From positions 10,286 to 74,285 of the forward strand of contig JAVWAV010000003.1 of NCBI GenBank assembly GCA_036649855.1: 64,000 nt of DNA, in the 5' to 3' direction. Position 1 is the first letter of the stretch. Each line of letters starts with the position of its first letter. This stretch comes from Bacilli bacterium. GTDB taxonomy: Bacteria > Bacillota_I > Bacilli_A > RFN20 > CAG-826. The position numbers and the translations under genes are program-made. Below are positions 35,837-44,488 of this stretch, piece after piece. Below the pieces are notes generated by a model that was given only the letters and a program-made list of their open reading frames with translations, was not told the DNA's origin and ran no database searches.

Positions 35837-36271
35837 TTATCTCAATTTATTTCTTTTAACCTTATTTTTATTCTCATACATTCTTTCATCTGCTTTCTTC
35901 ATAGCACTTGAAATCTCTTCTTTAGAGTCTTTTACTGCAAATCCATATGCAAAATTCTTTTGACTCTCACAATATTCTTTTAATCTCTCATATTTATTCT
36001 TCTTTGAACAAATTATTAAAAATTCGTCTCCTCCAAGTCTAATTGTAATTCCAAATTCTTTTAATATGTTTGCAACATCTACAATTCTCTTATCTCCTTC
36101 AAGATGTCCATAAGTATCATTTATTTTCTTCAAATTATTAATATCTACTAAGGTTATAATACAATATTTATTTCTAAATGTTTCTTTTATCTCATAATCT
36201 AAGTAATTTCTATTATAGCAATCTGTGAGACTGTCATGGTATGCTATATATTTGTATTTCTTCCTTTCCAA
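35837..36271 (-). CDS. stand-alone GGDEF-domain protein (diguanylate cyclase-like)
   Basis: YHDSLTDCYNRNYL..VDINNLKKINDTYGHLEGDK..RLGGDEFLI.. The GGDEF motif is intact, there is no sensory domain, and no RxxD I-site precedes GGDEF. Confidence 0.8.
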   Translation of the reverse strand: MERKKYKYIAYHDSLTDCYNRNYLDYEIKETFRNKYCIITLVDINNLKKINDTYGHLEGDKRIVDVANILKEFGITIRLGGDEFLIICSKKNKYERLKEYCESQKNFAYGFAVKDSKEEISSAMKKADERMYENKNKVKRNKLR

Positions 36272-36293
36272 ATTCTCAATTTATCTTCCTTTT

Positions 36294-36599
36294 TTAATTT
36301 CTCTTATTTCTAGGTTTTGTTGGAAGTTTCATCCAATGTGTTACAATAGGTTTTTCATAATAACTCCATCCCCATACAGTCCATTCACACTCATCTGTCT
36401 TTCTTCCGAAAATATTACTTGACCCATTATCTGCTTCTACTTTATTTAGTTTACCTAAATATATACCACTCTCCTGATGATAGTTTTTAGGAGATTTTAC
36501 ATAAACTAATACATTGAATTTATATGTGTTTTTATTATCTGTTTTTGGTAACGCATCTTTTACACTTATCCACTTATTATTCATTTCTCTTCTCCTCAT
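36294..36599 (-). CDS. DUF551-like protein
   Basis: WISVKDALPK...VTHWMKLPTKP matches the DUF551 pattern. Confidence 0.6.
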   Translation of the reverse strand: MRRREMNNKWISVKDALPKTDNKNTYKFNVLVYVKSPKNYHQESGIYLGKLNKVEADNGSSNIFGRKTDECEWTVWGWSYYEKPIVTHWMKLPTKPRNKRN

Positions 36600-37185
36600 A
36601 CTGTTTTAGAATAAATTTTTTATAATCCTCAAAGTCAGTAAATAATTTATGTTCTCCACTTACAACATCATAACATTGCATATTATGTATTAATCCATAA
36701 TTATTTGCAGTTATTAAGATATAAGTTTCTTTGCCTTCTCTTTCAGACATTATAATATTGAAAATTGATTTTATTTGTTCTATTCCCTCAATGTCTAATC
36801 CACTGTCTAGAGCATCTAATAAAATAAATATCTTTTCCAAGTCTTTATTCTGTTCTACAAATGCACCCATCTTTTTAACAATCTTTCCAAAGTTGTAAAA
36901 GATTTGTTCTCCCTCACTATGAAATGATGTTGCTGCAAGTGATGCAAAATCTCCTGTAAATCCATAATGTTCTTTTGCTGCAGATCCTCCATCTCCATAA
37001 TTGTCATATTTAATAAATGGTATAGTATTATCTTTACAATAAGTTTCTATTTGTCTCAATAGTGTTGTTTTACCACTTCCATTATGTCCTATAATAACTG
37101 TTGCACCATTTGATAAATCAATAAAACTACTTTTATATAAATATTTTCTTTTATCATATGGATCTCTTATTATTTTAATCTTCAT
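36577..37185 (-). CDS. small ABC/AAA-type ATPase
   Basis: Walker A GHNGSGKTT, signature-like HSEGEQ, Walker B IFILLDALDSGLD. Confidence 0.65.
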   Translation of the reverse strand: MKIKIIRDPYDKRKYLYKSSFIDLSNGATVIIGHNGSGKTTLLRQIETYCKDNTIPFIKYDNYGDGGSAAKEHYGFTGDFASLAATSFHSEGEQIFYNFGKIVKKMGAFVEQNKDLEKIFILLDALDSGLDIEGIEQIKSIFNIIMSEREGKETYILITANNYGLIHNMQCYDVVSGEHKLFTDFEDYKKFILKQYEEKRNE

Positions 37186-37886
37186 CTTGATTTCTCCTTA
37201 TTCTCAAATATATTTCCGTCCATTCTTACTACTGAATTTGCATCAATAGACTTTGTAACAAATGCATTTCCTCCAATTACTGTATTGTCTCCAATAACTG
37301 TTTCTCCACCAAGAATTGTTGCATTAGCATATATTATAACATTATTTCCAATGGTTGGATGTCTCTTTGTTTGTTCTCTATTTGTAACAGACTTTGCTCC
37401 TAGTGTACCTTGATATATCTTTACACTGTCTCCGATAATTGTTGTTTCTCCAATAACTATTCCTGTTCCATGATCTATCATACAGTTCTTGCCTATTTTC
37501 GCTCCTGGATTTATATCTATTCCTGTTTCTCTATGTATCATCTCAGACATTATTCTCGCAATTTGTTTTGCTCCATTATTATAAAATAGATGTGCTACTC
37601 TGTGAACTGCTAATGCTCGAACTCCTGGATAACACATTCTTATTGTTTGTTCTGAGTCTGCAGCAGGATCTCCATTGAATGTTGCAGTTACATCTGAGTC
37701 AATAAGTTGTCTAACTGTATAATCATCAAATAACTCCTTATTTAATTTCTCATTACCTGATTGATATAAGAAAGTTTTAATAGTGGCTAGGTATATATAT
37801 TTATTATACAAGAAATAATCTAATATATCTCTTGTAAATGTCTCTGTTTCTTTAACTAAATCATATGTCATCTTCGTCATCTCCAT
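37182..37886 (-). CDS. cysE: serine O-acetyltransferase
   Basis: Hexapeptide-repeat core GIDINPGAKIGKNCMIDHGTGIVIGETTIIGDSVKIYQG. Confidence 0.8.
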   Translation of the reverse strand: MEMTKMTYDLVKETETFTRDILDYFLYNKYIYLATIKTFLYQSGNEKLNKELFDDYTVRQLIDSDVTATFNGDPAADSEQTIRMCYPGVRALAVHRVAHLFYNNGAKQIARIMSEMIHRETGIDINPGAKIGKNCMIDHGTGIVIGETTIIGDSVKIYQGTLGAKSVTNREQTKRHPTIGNNVIIYANATILGGETVIGDNTVIGGNAFVTKSIDANSVVRMDGNIFENKEKSR

Positions 37887-38103
37887 CCTCTGTGAAATAT
37901 TGATTTATCATACTCCACAATTCTTTATCTGTTTCTGGTAAAAATAACCATCCTGCACAATAACTGTCAGACACATCTTGCCATATCTCTTGTGCTTCAT
38001 ATAGTGTTATATTCTCTGAATGTTTTGCACATACATCTTTTATTCTTTGACAATCATTTCTTTCATATATCTTTCCGTCTCCAAACTTACTTCTATTTAA
38101 CAT
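37861..38103 (-). CDS. hypothetical acidic protein
   Basis: 80-aa ORF. Confidence 0.5.
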   Translation of the reverse strand: MLNRSKFGDGKIYERNDCQRIKDVCAKHSENITLYEAQEIWQDVSDSYCAGWLFLPETDKELWSMINQYFTEDGDDEDDI

Positions 38104-38129
38104 ATTTTATCCTCTGATTTATTATAATG

Positions 38130-38163
38130 AAAAATATCCATAACTCAGTGTCACGGATATTTT
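38130..38163 (-). terminator. rho-independent terminator followed by a TATAAA/T -10-like box
   Basis: 9-bp stem AAAATATCC/GGATATTTT with a T-run on the minus strand, then CATTATAAAT. Confidence 0.5.
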
Positions 38164-38175
38164 ATAAATATTTAA

Positions 38176-38358
38176 TTAAAATTTCAAATCATCTGCACGA
38201 GTTGCTTTGCTGTGTAAATCTTTTCCATATCTTACGAATACATAACTATCATTTACACTAGTTATTGTTCCATATTCTATCTGACTCTTTGGACAGTCTT
38301 TATAAGGAATATACACTACTCCTCTGCCTACATTATTTCTTGCCTGTTCTAATGTCAT
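38176..38358 (-). CDS. hypothetical protein
   Basis: 60-aa ORF. Confidence 0.45.
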   Translation of the reverse strand: MTLEQARNNVGRGVVYIPYKDCPKSQIEYGTITSVNDSYVFVRYGKDLHSKATRADDLKF

Positions 38359-38618
38359 TTCGATTTCCTCTCTCGTATAATATCTGCAGGTTTACTTATA
38401 ATGACTTTATAATTATCAAAGAAATTCTCTGGATATAAATCTTTTTCTTCTACTACATTTCCATTATCTAGTGTATATCTCTCATTTCCATCTACTGTTT
38501 TATAAATACTTTTTACTACAACTGGTTCTATATTTAGAAATCTATATAATGTGCATGGTTCGATTAGTTCCCCTATAATTATGTATCCTTTATCTCCAAC
38601 CTTTATATTTTTCATCAT
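38355..38618 (-). CDS. hypothetical protein
   Basis: 87-aa ORF with overlapping stop/start codons. Confidence 0.5.
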   Translation of the reverse strand: MMKNIKVGDKGYIIIGELIEPCTLYRFLNIEPVVVKSIYKTVDGNERYTLDNGNVVEEKDLYPENFFDNYKVIISKPADIIRERKSK

Positions 38619-38875
38619 ACAGGATCTCCCTCATCTTCAAAATATTCATTATCTATTCCTGCAATATTTTCTTCGTCTGGACCTTCATAATCGTCTAGTT
38701 GTAATGTCGCATCCACAAGTCTTGCATCTCTCTTTATGTCTTCTTTTGCTACAAAGAACTCTAAAATTGCGTCCGATAATCCTTCTGCAATTTCATCTGC
38801 AAGTTTTAGTAATTGTTCTTTATCTGTTACTAATACCTTTTGTATTTTTGGTTTTACTACTTTAACTAATGCCAT
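38615..38875 (-). CDS. hypothetical acidic protein
   Basis: 86-aa ORF. Confidence 0.5.
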   Translation of the reverse strand: MALVKVVKPKIQKVLVTDKEQLLKLADEIAEGLSDAILEFFVAKEDIKRDARLVDATLQLDDYEGPDEENIAGIDNEYFEDEGDPV

Positions 38876-38893
38876 AATCTTCCTCCAAATTTA

Positions 38894-39361
38894 TTATTCG
38901 TCAAATAAACATATATTATATTTTTCCGTCTGCTTACCTTCATAATTGAAATAACATACCCATTCATCTCTTACTACAGTTACTGGATTTGACTTACTTA
39001 CTACCACCTGTTGTTGTTTCACAAATTTCCAATCATACTCTGGAAACATCTCTGGAGCAGATTGTCCATATGTAAATATAATTGGAACACCTGTCTTCCT
39101 CAATTCTTCTATATATGTTTTTAATCTTTCTGTCTGTGAATCTTTTATTCCATATAAAACTGTAGAAGACTCGTAAGGAGGATCTATAAATACTAAATCT
39201 CCTTCTCTAACATCTTTTGCAGTATATTTATCAAAACAACTTCCTAATTCTACCTCTATACTCTTTGCAGTCTTGAGAACATACATAGATGAGTATACAC
39301 ATGGTCTAATTGGTTTTTCTTTTGCATACATTATATGCTTATCAAGACTTCCTGTCATCAT
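38894..39361 (-). CDS. dam: DNA adenine methyltransferase (D12 class), C-terminal fragment
   Basis: Catalytic DPPY motif in LVFIDPPYESS. Confidence 0.75.
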   Translation of the reverse strand: MMTGSLDKHIMYAKEKPIRPCVYSSMYVLKTAKSIEVELGSCFDKYTAKDVREGDLVFIDPPYESSTVLYGIKDSQTERLKTYIEELRKTGVPIIFTYGQSAPEMFPEYDWKFVKQQQVVVSKSNPVTVVRDEWVCYFNYEGKQTEKYNICLFDE

Positions 39362-39378
39362 ACTTCCAGAATTAAGAA

Positions 39379-39681
39379 TTATATACTCTCTCTCTCTCCA
39401 TCAATAAATTCAGTAGCATTTCGAATATCAAAATTTTCTGTATATTTCTCGAATTTTTCAATAGTATTATCTAAATCTGGTTTATTTAATAACCATTTAT
39501 ACACTCCATAAAGTTGTTTATTAATTTCTATTCCTAGCACATCATATTTCTTTCTATAACTTAATGCGTAACACATAGAACCTGCAAATACTTCTACAAT
39601 TCGTTTTGTGTCTAATGGAGGTTTCTTATAACTATCTACAAGTTTATGTTTACTTCCTGTATATCTAAATAACTTTGCCAA
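39379..39681 (-). CDS. dam: DNA adenine methyltransferase (D12 class), N-terminal fragment
   Basis: FRYTGSKHKL...VEVFAGSM is the SAM-binding motif I region. The fragment stops just after a (GA)6 tract. Confidence 0.75.
   Translation of the reverse strand: MAKLFRYTGSKHKLVDSYKKPPLDTKRIVEVFAGSMCYALSYRKKYDVLGIEINKQLYGVYKWLLNKPDLDNTIEKFEKYTENFDIRNATEFIDGERESI
39386..39399 (-). repeat. dinucleotide repeat, (GA)6 on the coding strand, at the dam frameshift
   Basis: The plus strand reads CTCTCTCTCTCTCC. Removing one GA unit fuses the two dam ORFs with no intervening stop. Confidence 0.8.
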
Positions 39682-39706
39682 TCTTTTTCCTCCAACCTTA
39701 TTGTAA

Positions 39707-40351
39707 TTATCTCTCTTCGATATTCATTACTTCTATTAATTTATCTGCATACCATTTACATGCAGTTTCCATGTTACAGTCGTATTGTTGTGATTGAATT
39801 CCTGAACCAATTACATCTGTAACTGACTTAACTAATTCAAATTCTACTCCATTTCTTGTGCAAACACTTGCTACTGCAAATCCTTCCATATCGAAATATC
39901 CTTCTCTTCCTGTATTTGTCTCAAAATGATCTTGAGTGTATAAAGGATGTGTGTAACTATATTTATGATCTAATCCTTGATTAACTATGAATGGTTGTAT
40001 TGTGTTTTCTCCATCTACTGGAGCAATATTAAAGTCTCCATTTATTACTCTGTCTATTGACATAGATTTACATTTATTAAATGCTTCTACTGTTGCTCCA
40101 CATACTCCGACATTTATTATTCTGTCTGCATAATATTTATCAATTAAATACTGTGTGGCACATGCTGCGTCAACTTTTCCTACTCCACTAAGAACCAACA
40201 CTGCTCCTGGATCTGAATTCTTGTTTATATTCTTTAATTTTACTAAATATGTTCTATATGAAGATTTGTGTGTTACATCAATAACTTTTTCAAAAGCATC
40301 TCCCCAAATATTCTTAAATTCTGTCTCTGTTGCTATAACTATTCCTATCAT
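39707..40351 (-). CDS. mtnN: MTA/SAH nucleosidase-like nucleoside phosphorylase
   Basis: IGIVIATETEF..SGVGKVDAACATQ..INVGVCGA..FDMEGFAVASVC matches the PNP_UDP_1/Pfs pattern. Confidence 0.7.
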   Translation of the reverse strand: MIGIVIATETEFKNIWGDAFEKVIDVTHKSSYRTYLVKLKNINKNSDPGAVLVLSGVGKVDAACATQYLIDKYYADRIINVGVCGATVEAFNKCKSMSIDRVINGDFNIAPVDGENTIQPFIVNQGLDHKYSYTHPLYTQDHFETNTGREGYFDMEGFAVASVCTRNGVEFELVKSVTDVIGSGIQSQQYDCNMETACKWYADKLIEVMNIEER

Positions 40352-40635
40352 TTATTAACCTCCACTACTGGCAGATCTTTATATTCTTCTGGAATCTCTG
40401 AAGAAAATATAAATTTATCTGTTTTATATCTATCACAATATTTACATTTATTACCTAATGAAATAAACACATAATTTCCAATTGTTTCTCTTACAATACA
40501 TCTTTCATAATAGTGCTTATGATCTGAGCGAGGTTTTCCCGAATAGTTTGATTTCTTTTTATAACTAGGTTCTCTATCTTCCCATTCTCTTTTTCTTGGT
40601 GCTTTCAATCTTGCATCTTTCATATATTTTGGCAT
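40348..40635 (-). CDS. hypothetical basic protein
   Basis: 95-aa ORF. Confidence 0.5.
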   Translation of the reverse strand: MPKYMKDARLKAPRKREWEDREPSYKKKSNYSGKPRSDHKHYYERCIVRETIGNYVFISLGNKCKYCDRYKTDKFIFSSEIPEEYKDLPVVEVNK

Positions 40636-40667
40636 TTTTCTTTTCTCCTTACTTCTATTGTAATATT

Positions 40668-41627
40668 TTAGTCTACGAATTCAACTGTTGTGTCACATCT
40701 TCTTCTCATTGAGTTATAAAGTTCTTTTAATTTTTCAGCATCTTTATCTGATAATGTTTCATTTACTCTACTATATTGCATTAATTTTATTTTATATTGA
40801 TTTGAATTTGGAAAATTTCCTGAACAATGATGTTTATTATATTGTTCATCTAGTTGCTGGAACATCTTATCTAAATCAAATTCAATGTGTCCTGTAATCT
40901 TTCGTCTTGGTTTTGAATTTCTTAATTCAGTATAATAATATCTACCCTCTGGTATAATGCCTTCATCACTATAATCTATAAATAGATGCTGTTCCCGTGC
41001 GTTCTTATATACTTTTAACTGAGTTTTATCATAAGCACTCCATGAAGATACCACTCCAAAAGTCTTATATATTGTTCCTAAATAAACTTCTTTAATTGTT
41101 AGTGTTTCTACTATATCTCCAACTTTATATTTATCTGTAGAATTCTTCTTAAATGATTTCTTTAAATCATCACATTCTTTTGCTCTCTGTATTTCTGACA
41201 TATTCTTTGTATATGCTCCTACATTTGAATTTGTTCTACCAAGATATACATCTTCCATGCATTCTCCATTTACTAATGTATTATTCTTTATGAAGTTGCA
41301 TAATAACTCTGAATTTATGCCGATTAAATAGGTTTTTCCGTCCTCTGCTGTAATACTACAATTCCAAAATGAAAGTTTCCCACCCTGACTAGAACCACCT
41401 GCAGATGCCTTTATTTGTAGTCTAAACTTACCATTAGTATATCTATTTACTAATTTATTTGTATATGGATCATAATTTGGAGTTACTCTTTGATTATAAT
41501 ATTCAGAACTATCTGCCCAATATAATGCACTGTCTAATTGTTTCTTATTGTTTGGATCTACTATATATCCCTGACCTGATTTATTTTCTACTATGATTAC
41601 TTCATCATAAATATTTACAGTATTCAT
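40668..41627 (-). CDS. hypothetical protein
   Basis: 319-aa ORF. Confidence 0.6.
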   Translation of the reverse strand: MNTVNIYDEVIIVENKSGQGYIVDPNNKKQLDSALYWADSSEYYNQRVTPNYDPYTNKLVNRYTNGKFRLQIKASAGGSSQGGKLSFWNCSITAEDGKTYLIGINSELLCNFIKNNTLVNGECMEDVYLGRTNSNVGAYTKNMSEIQRAKECDDLKKSFKKNSTDKYKVGDIVETLTIKEVYLGTIYKTFGVVSSWSAYDKTQLKVYKNAREQHLFIDYSDEGIIPEGRYYYTELRNSKPRRKITGHIEFDLDKMFQQLDEQYNKHHCSGNFPNSNQYKIKLMQYSRVNETLSDKDAEKLKELYNSMRRRCDTTVEFVD

Positions 41628-41818
41628 TACATTTCCCTCAATTTGTTTTCTATTTTATTGATTAATTGTTCTTCGTGTTCCATTCTTTTATTATGAGTAT
41701 CAAACATAAATTTTTCTGCTTCTCTCTTATCATAGAATGCTCCTACAATTGGAACACCATCTAATTCAGTTTTAATTACAAAATGATATTTAGGATGATC
41801 TTTTATTAGTTTATACAC
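41627..41818 (-). CDS. hypothetical protein
   Basis: 63-aa ORF. Confidence 0.45.
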   Translation of the reverse strand: MYKLIKDHPKYHFVIKTELDGVPIVGAFYDKREAEKFMFDTHNKRMEHEEQLINKIENKLREM

Positions 41819-41820
41819 TA

Positions 41821-42411
41821 TTATTCCTCCACTCTCTCGAATTTTATCATAACTGCACCCAAGTCATCTGTTCCTATATGATCTGGTTTAATTGGACATA
41901 CTCCTGCATATCCATTTTCTCCAATTAAATATACCATAGATAGTTTATCAAGATATTCTGTTCCTTTATTCACATATACCTTTGGTTTCTCTAATGTTTC
42001 ATATACTGGCATGAATATTTGGAAGTCTACTATTGTTCCACCTAAGTCTATATATCCTTTGCGTTCTTTATTTTCTTTTCTATGTGCAGTATATGCATCA
42101 TATGTTTTAGATGGTTTGAAATCTACTCTTACTTTCTTAGATAAATCTCTGAATTCTGGTGTAAATATTCTGTGTAAATCTATTAAATTTTCTGTGTTTT
42201 CTACCTTTGTTACTATTTCATAATCATTGTAGATTACTCCTACATAACCTGTGCATATCATTTGTTCTTCTCCAATTAGATATGCTCCTGCTAATGCTGG
42301 TCTCTCATCCTTTTGTAGATTGTATGCTATCTTTGCTAATCTTTCTCTTGCTGCTAATTTACTCATTTCTTTTCTCCTTATAAATCTTCTATTATGAATT
42401 TGTATGGACAA
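41821..42411 (-). CDS. hypothetical protein
   Basis: 196-aa ORF. Confidence 0.55.
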   Translation of the reverse strand: MSIQIHNRRFIRRKEMSKLAARERLAKIAYNLQKDERPALAGAYLIGEEQMICTGYVGVIYNDYEIVTKVENTENLIDLHRIFTPEFRDLSKKVRVDFKPSKTYDAYTAHRKENKERKGYIDLGGTIVDFQIFMPVYETLEKPKVYVNKGTEYLDKLSMVYLIGENGYAGVCPIKPDHIGTDDLGAVMIKFERVEE

Positions 42412-42824
42412 TCATTCTTTCTACAATTACATTTTGCTGTCCCTGTAAAATTATGTATTGTATACCACGGACATTTCTTATAATCTTTTCTATCACATAA
42501 TGAACATTCCATCGTATCTCTAGTTACTTCTTTTATTGCATTCTTTAATATATCAGGTTCGAATGTTCCAGATAAATCTAATTCTTCGTCTTTCTTCAAT
42601 ATTGCAAATTTATATTTGCTACTTTCTTCTAAAATTGAATTAAGAGCAGTTTCTCCTTCCTTCTTGCGATATTGAACTAACATTGCAATTATCATGTCTG
42701 TGATTATTTTTAATTTGGTTCTATCTTTTCCGTCTATCTCACTATCTTCACTATCTTTCCATGTTGTAAGTTTATCATGAAACACCATCAGTGAAAAATA
42801 ATTATCTCTATCTTTTTCAGTCAT
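42378..42824 (-). CDS. hypothetical protein with Cys-rich C-terminus
   Basis: CSLCDRKDYKKCPWY...KCNCRKNDCPY. Confidence 0.5.
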   Translation of the reverse strand: MTEKDRDNYFSLMVFHDKLTTWKDSEDSEIDGKDRTKLKIITDMIIAMLVQYRKKEGETALNSILEESSKYKFAILKKDEELDLSGTFEPDILKNAIKEVTRDTMECSLCDRKDYKKCPWYTIHNFTGTAKCNCRKNDCPYKFIIEDL

Positions 42825-42836
42825 TATGATTCTCCA

Positions 42837-43142
42837 CTATTTTAATTTAGGTATTAACTCTAAATTAAATTTGTATTCAGGATAACTACAGAATCCACTG
42901 TATCCTATTCTTCCTGTTGGTTCTGCAAGTTTATTTTCTGTTAAAAACTTTTCTGCCCATGGACAATTATTTACATCTACAAATGCACAATCTTTCTTGC
43001 ATGTATCACTTATGTCAATACATACTGTTATTACTGCAAATGGTTCTAAACTGGTAGTTTCCAAAGACACTGCTAATGAATTATTATATGTGTATTTTGT
43101 TCTACCGATTGTTACTTCATATCCTCTAACTTCGTAAGTCAT
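42837..43142 (-). CDS. hypothetical protein
   Basis: 101-aa ORF. Confidence 0.5.
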   Translation of the reverse strand: MTYEVRGYEVTIGRTKYTYNNSLAVSLETTSLEPFAVITVCIDISDTCKKDCAFVDVNNCPWAEKFLTENKLAEPTGRIGYSGFCSYPEYKFNLELIPKLK

Positions 43143-43161
43143 TTTAATCCTCCATTAATAA

Positions 43162-43192
43162 AATAAAGTGTAAGATTTTCTTCCTACACTTT
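43162..43192 (-). terminator. rho-independent terminator
   Basis: 10-bp stem AAAGTGTAGG/CTTACACTTT (one mismatch) followed by ATTTT on the minus strand. Confidence 0.5.
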
Positions 43193-43216
43193 ATTATAAT
43201 TAGTTTTTATAATGCC

Positions 43217-43759
43217 TCAATAACTTTTTATATCGAAGACACCTTTCTTCACAAGTTTTCTAAACTTTCTATCACTACAGTAATCAGCAATTTTATATTT
43301 AAGTCTTCGGATTGTAGTATAACAACCATCTGCATAACATCTAGAATGTATAATTAAATTATCCAATCTCTTTTTATATTCTTTTAATTGCTCTGTTGTA
43401 ATATTAAATGGATTTGTTGTTCCGTCCAATAATTTATCCAACCATCCATCTTTTGACATATACATAGTATATAATTCATTTCTAGGAATTGATTTTACTT
43501 TCTCTATAAATTGATATGCATCTGAATATAGATCTTCATCTTCATTTCTTTCTGCTCTGATGATACCTACTACTTCACTCATTACACTTTCTAATTGTTC
43601 CTTGATCTTTTTCTTGACTGGACTACCATATGAACATAGTGCATCATTAACAGAGTCTGTAACTAACTCCTTTACTGCTGTCTCTAATATGTCATGTATA
43701 GTTCCATCCATCTCCATTCTCTTTAATTCGTTTTGTATCATTATCTCTAGATCTAACAT
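43217..43759 (-). CDS. hypothetical protein
   Basis: 180-aa ORF. Confidence 0.55.
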   Translation of the reverse strand: MLDLEIMIQNELKRMEMDGTIHDILETAVKELVTDSVNDALCSYGSPVKKKIKEQLESVMSEVVGIIRAERNEDEDLYSDAYQFIEKVKSIPRNELYTMYMSKDGWLDKLLDGTTNPFNITTEQLKEYKKRLDNLIIHSRCYADGCYTTIRRLKYKIADYCSDRKFRKLVKKGVFDIKSY

Positions 43760-43876
43760 TTTCTTATTTCTCCTTAAACTTATTTCAGGGATGGTCCCCT
43801 AGGTGTTTTTTCTTGCGATGAAGTAATTTTCATAATTTTCTCTAATTATTGTAATTATATATAATATAATTACATA

Positions 43877-44182
43877 TTAATTATTGTGAGTATCTTGTTT
43901 AAATATATCTGGAGTGTTATCTATGTCTAATACAAAGTCTTCTAATATGTCTTGTAATAGTGTATAATCTCCTAGATAGTATGCTAATGTTATTTGTTTT
44001 GCTATGAATCTTCTTTTCTTGCCTGCGACATTTGGATTTCCTTTTCTGTCATATTCTAGACATTCTTCATATGTCCTATTGAACATTATTGCTGCTATTG
44101 TTGAATAAATATCTTTCTTTTCTTTGTGTGCCTTTGCTATTATTGGATCTCTTGTTAAGAAGTTTACTAATTTCTTATCCAC
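43877..44182 (-). CDS. orphan fragment resembling the family-A DNA polymerase fingers region
   Basis: DIYSTIAAIMFNRTYEECL...KKRRFIAKQITLAYYLG parallels the PolA pattern DIH..TA..F....V....R..AK..NFG..YG. It is only 101 aa. Confidence 0.4.
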   Translation of the reverse strand: MDKKLVNFLTRDPIIAKAHKEKKDIYSTIAAIMFNRTYEECLEYDRKGNPNVAGKKRRFIAKQITLAYYLGDYTLLQDILEDFVLDIDNTPDIFKQDTHNN

Positions 44183-44186
44183 TTAC

Positions 44187-44486
44187 TTAATCCTCCAATT
44201 CTTCGTGTAATTGTTGATGTAATTCTTCATTTAGATATATGTTATCTTTTATTTGATCTTTATCTAAATCTAATTCATCTATGTTCCATGTTCCTACTAA
44301 AATATAATATGGTTCTTCTTCTACTCCATATTCTACTTGATTTTCATATTCTCGTATGAAGAAATTATCTGCTTCTAAATCTTTTGTTACTATGTAGATG
44401 TTCTCATATTCGAATACATCTCCTACTCGGATGTCTTTTCCTGTGCGATCTTTCTTTCCGATGAGTTCTAACTCTTCTCTCTTCAT
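44187..44486 (-). CDS. hypothetical protein (YopX-like?)
   Basis: 99-aa ORF; DRTGKDIRVGDVFEY is weakly YopX-like. Confidence 0.4.
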   Translation of the reverse strand: MKREELELIGKKDRTGKDIRVGDVFEYENIYIVTKDLEADNFFIREYENQVEYGVEEEPYYILVGTWNIDELDLDKDQIKDNIYLNEELHQQLHEELED

Positions 44487-44488
44487 AT

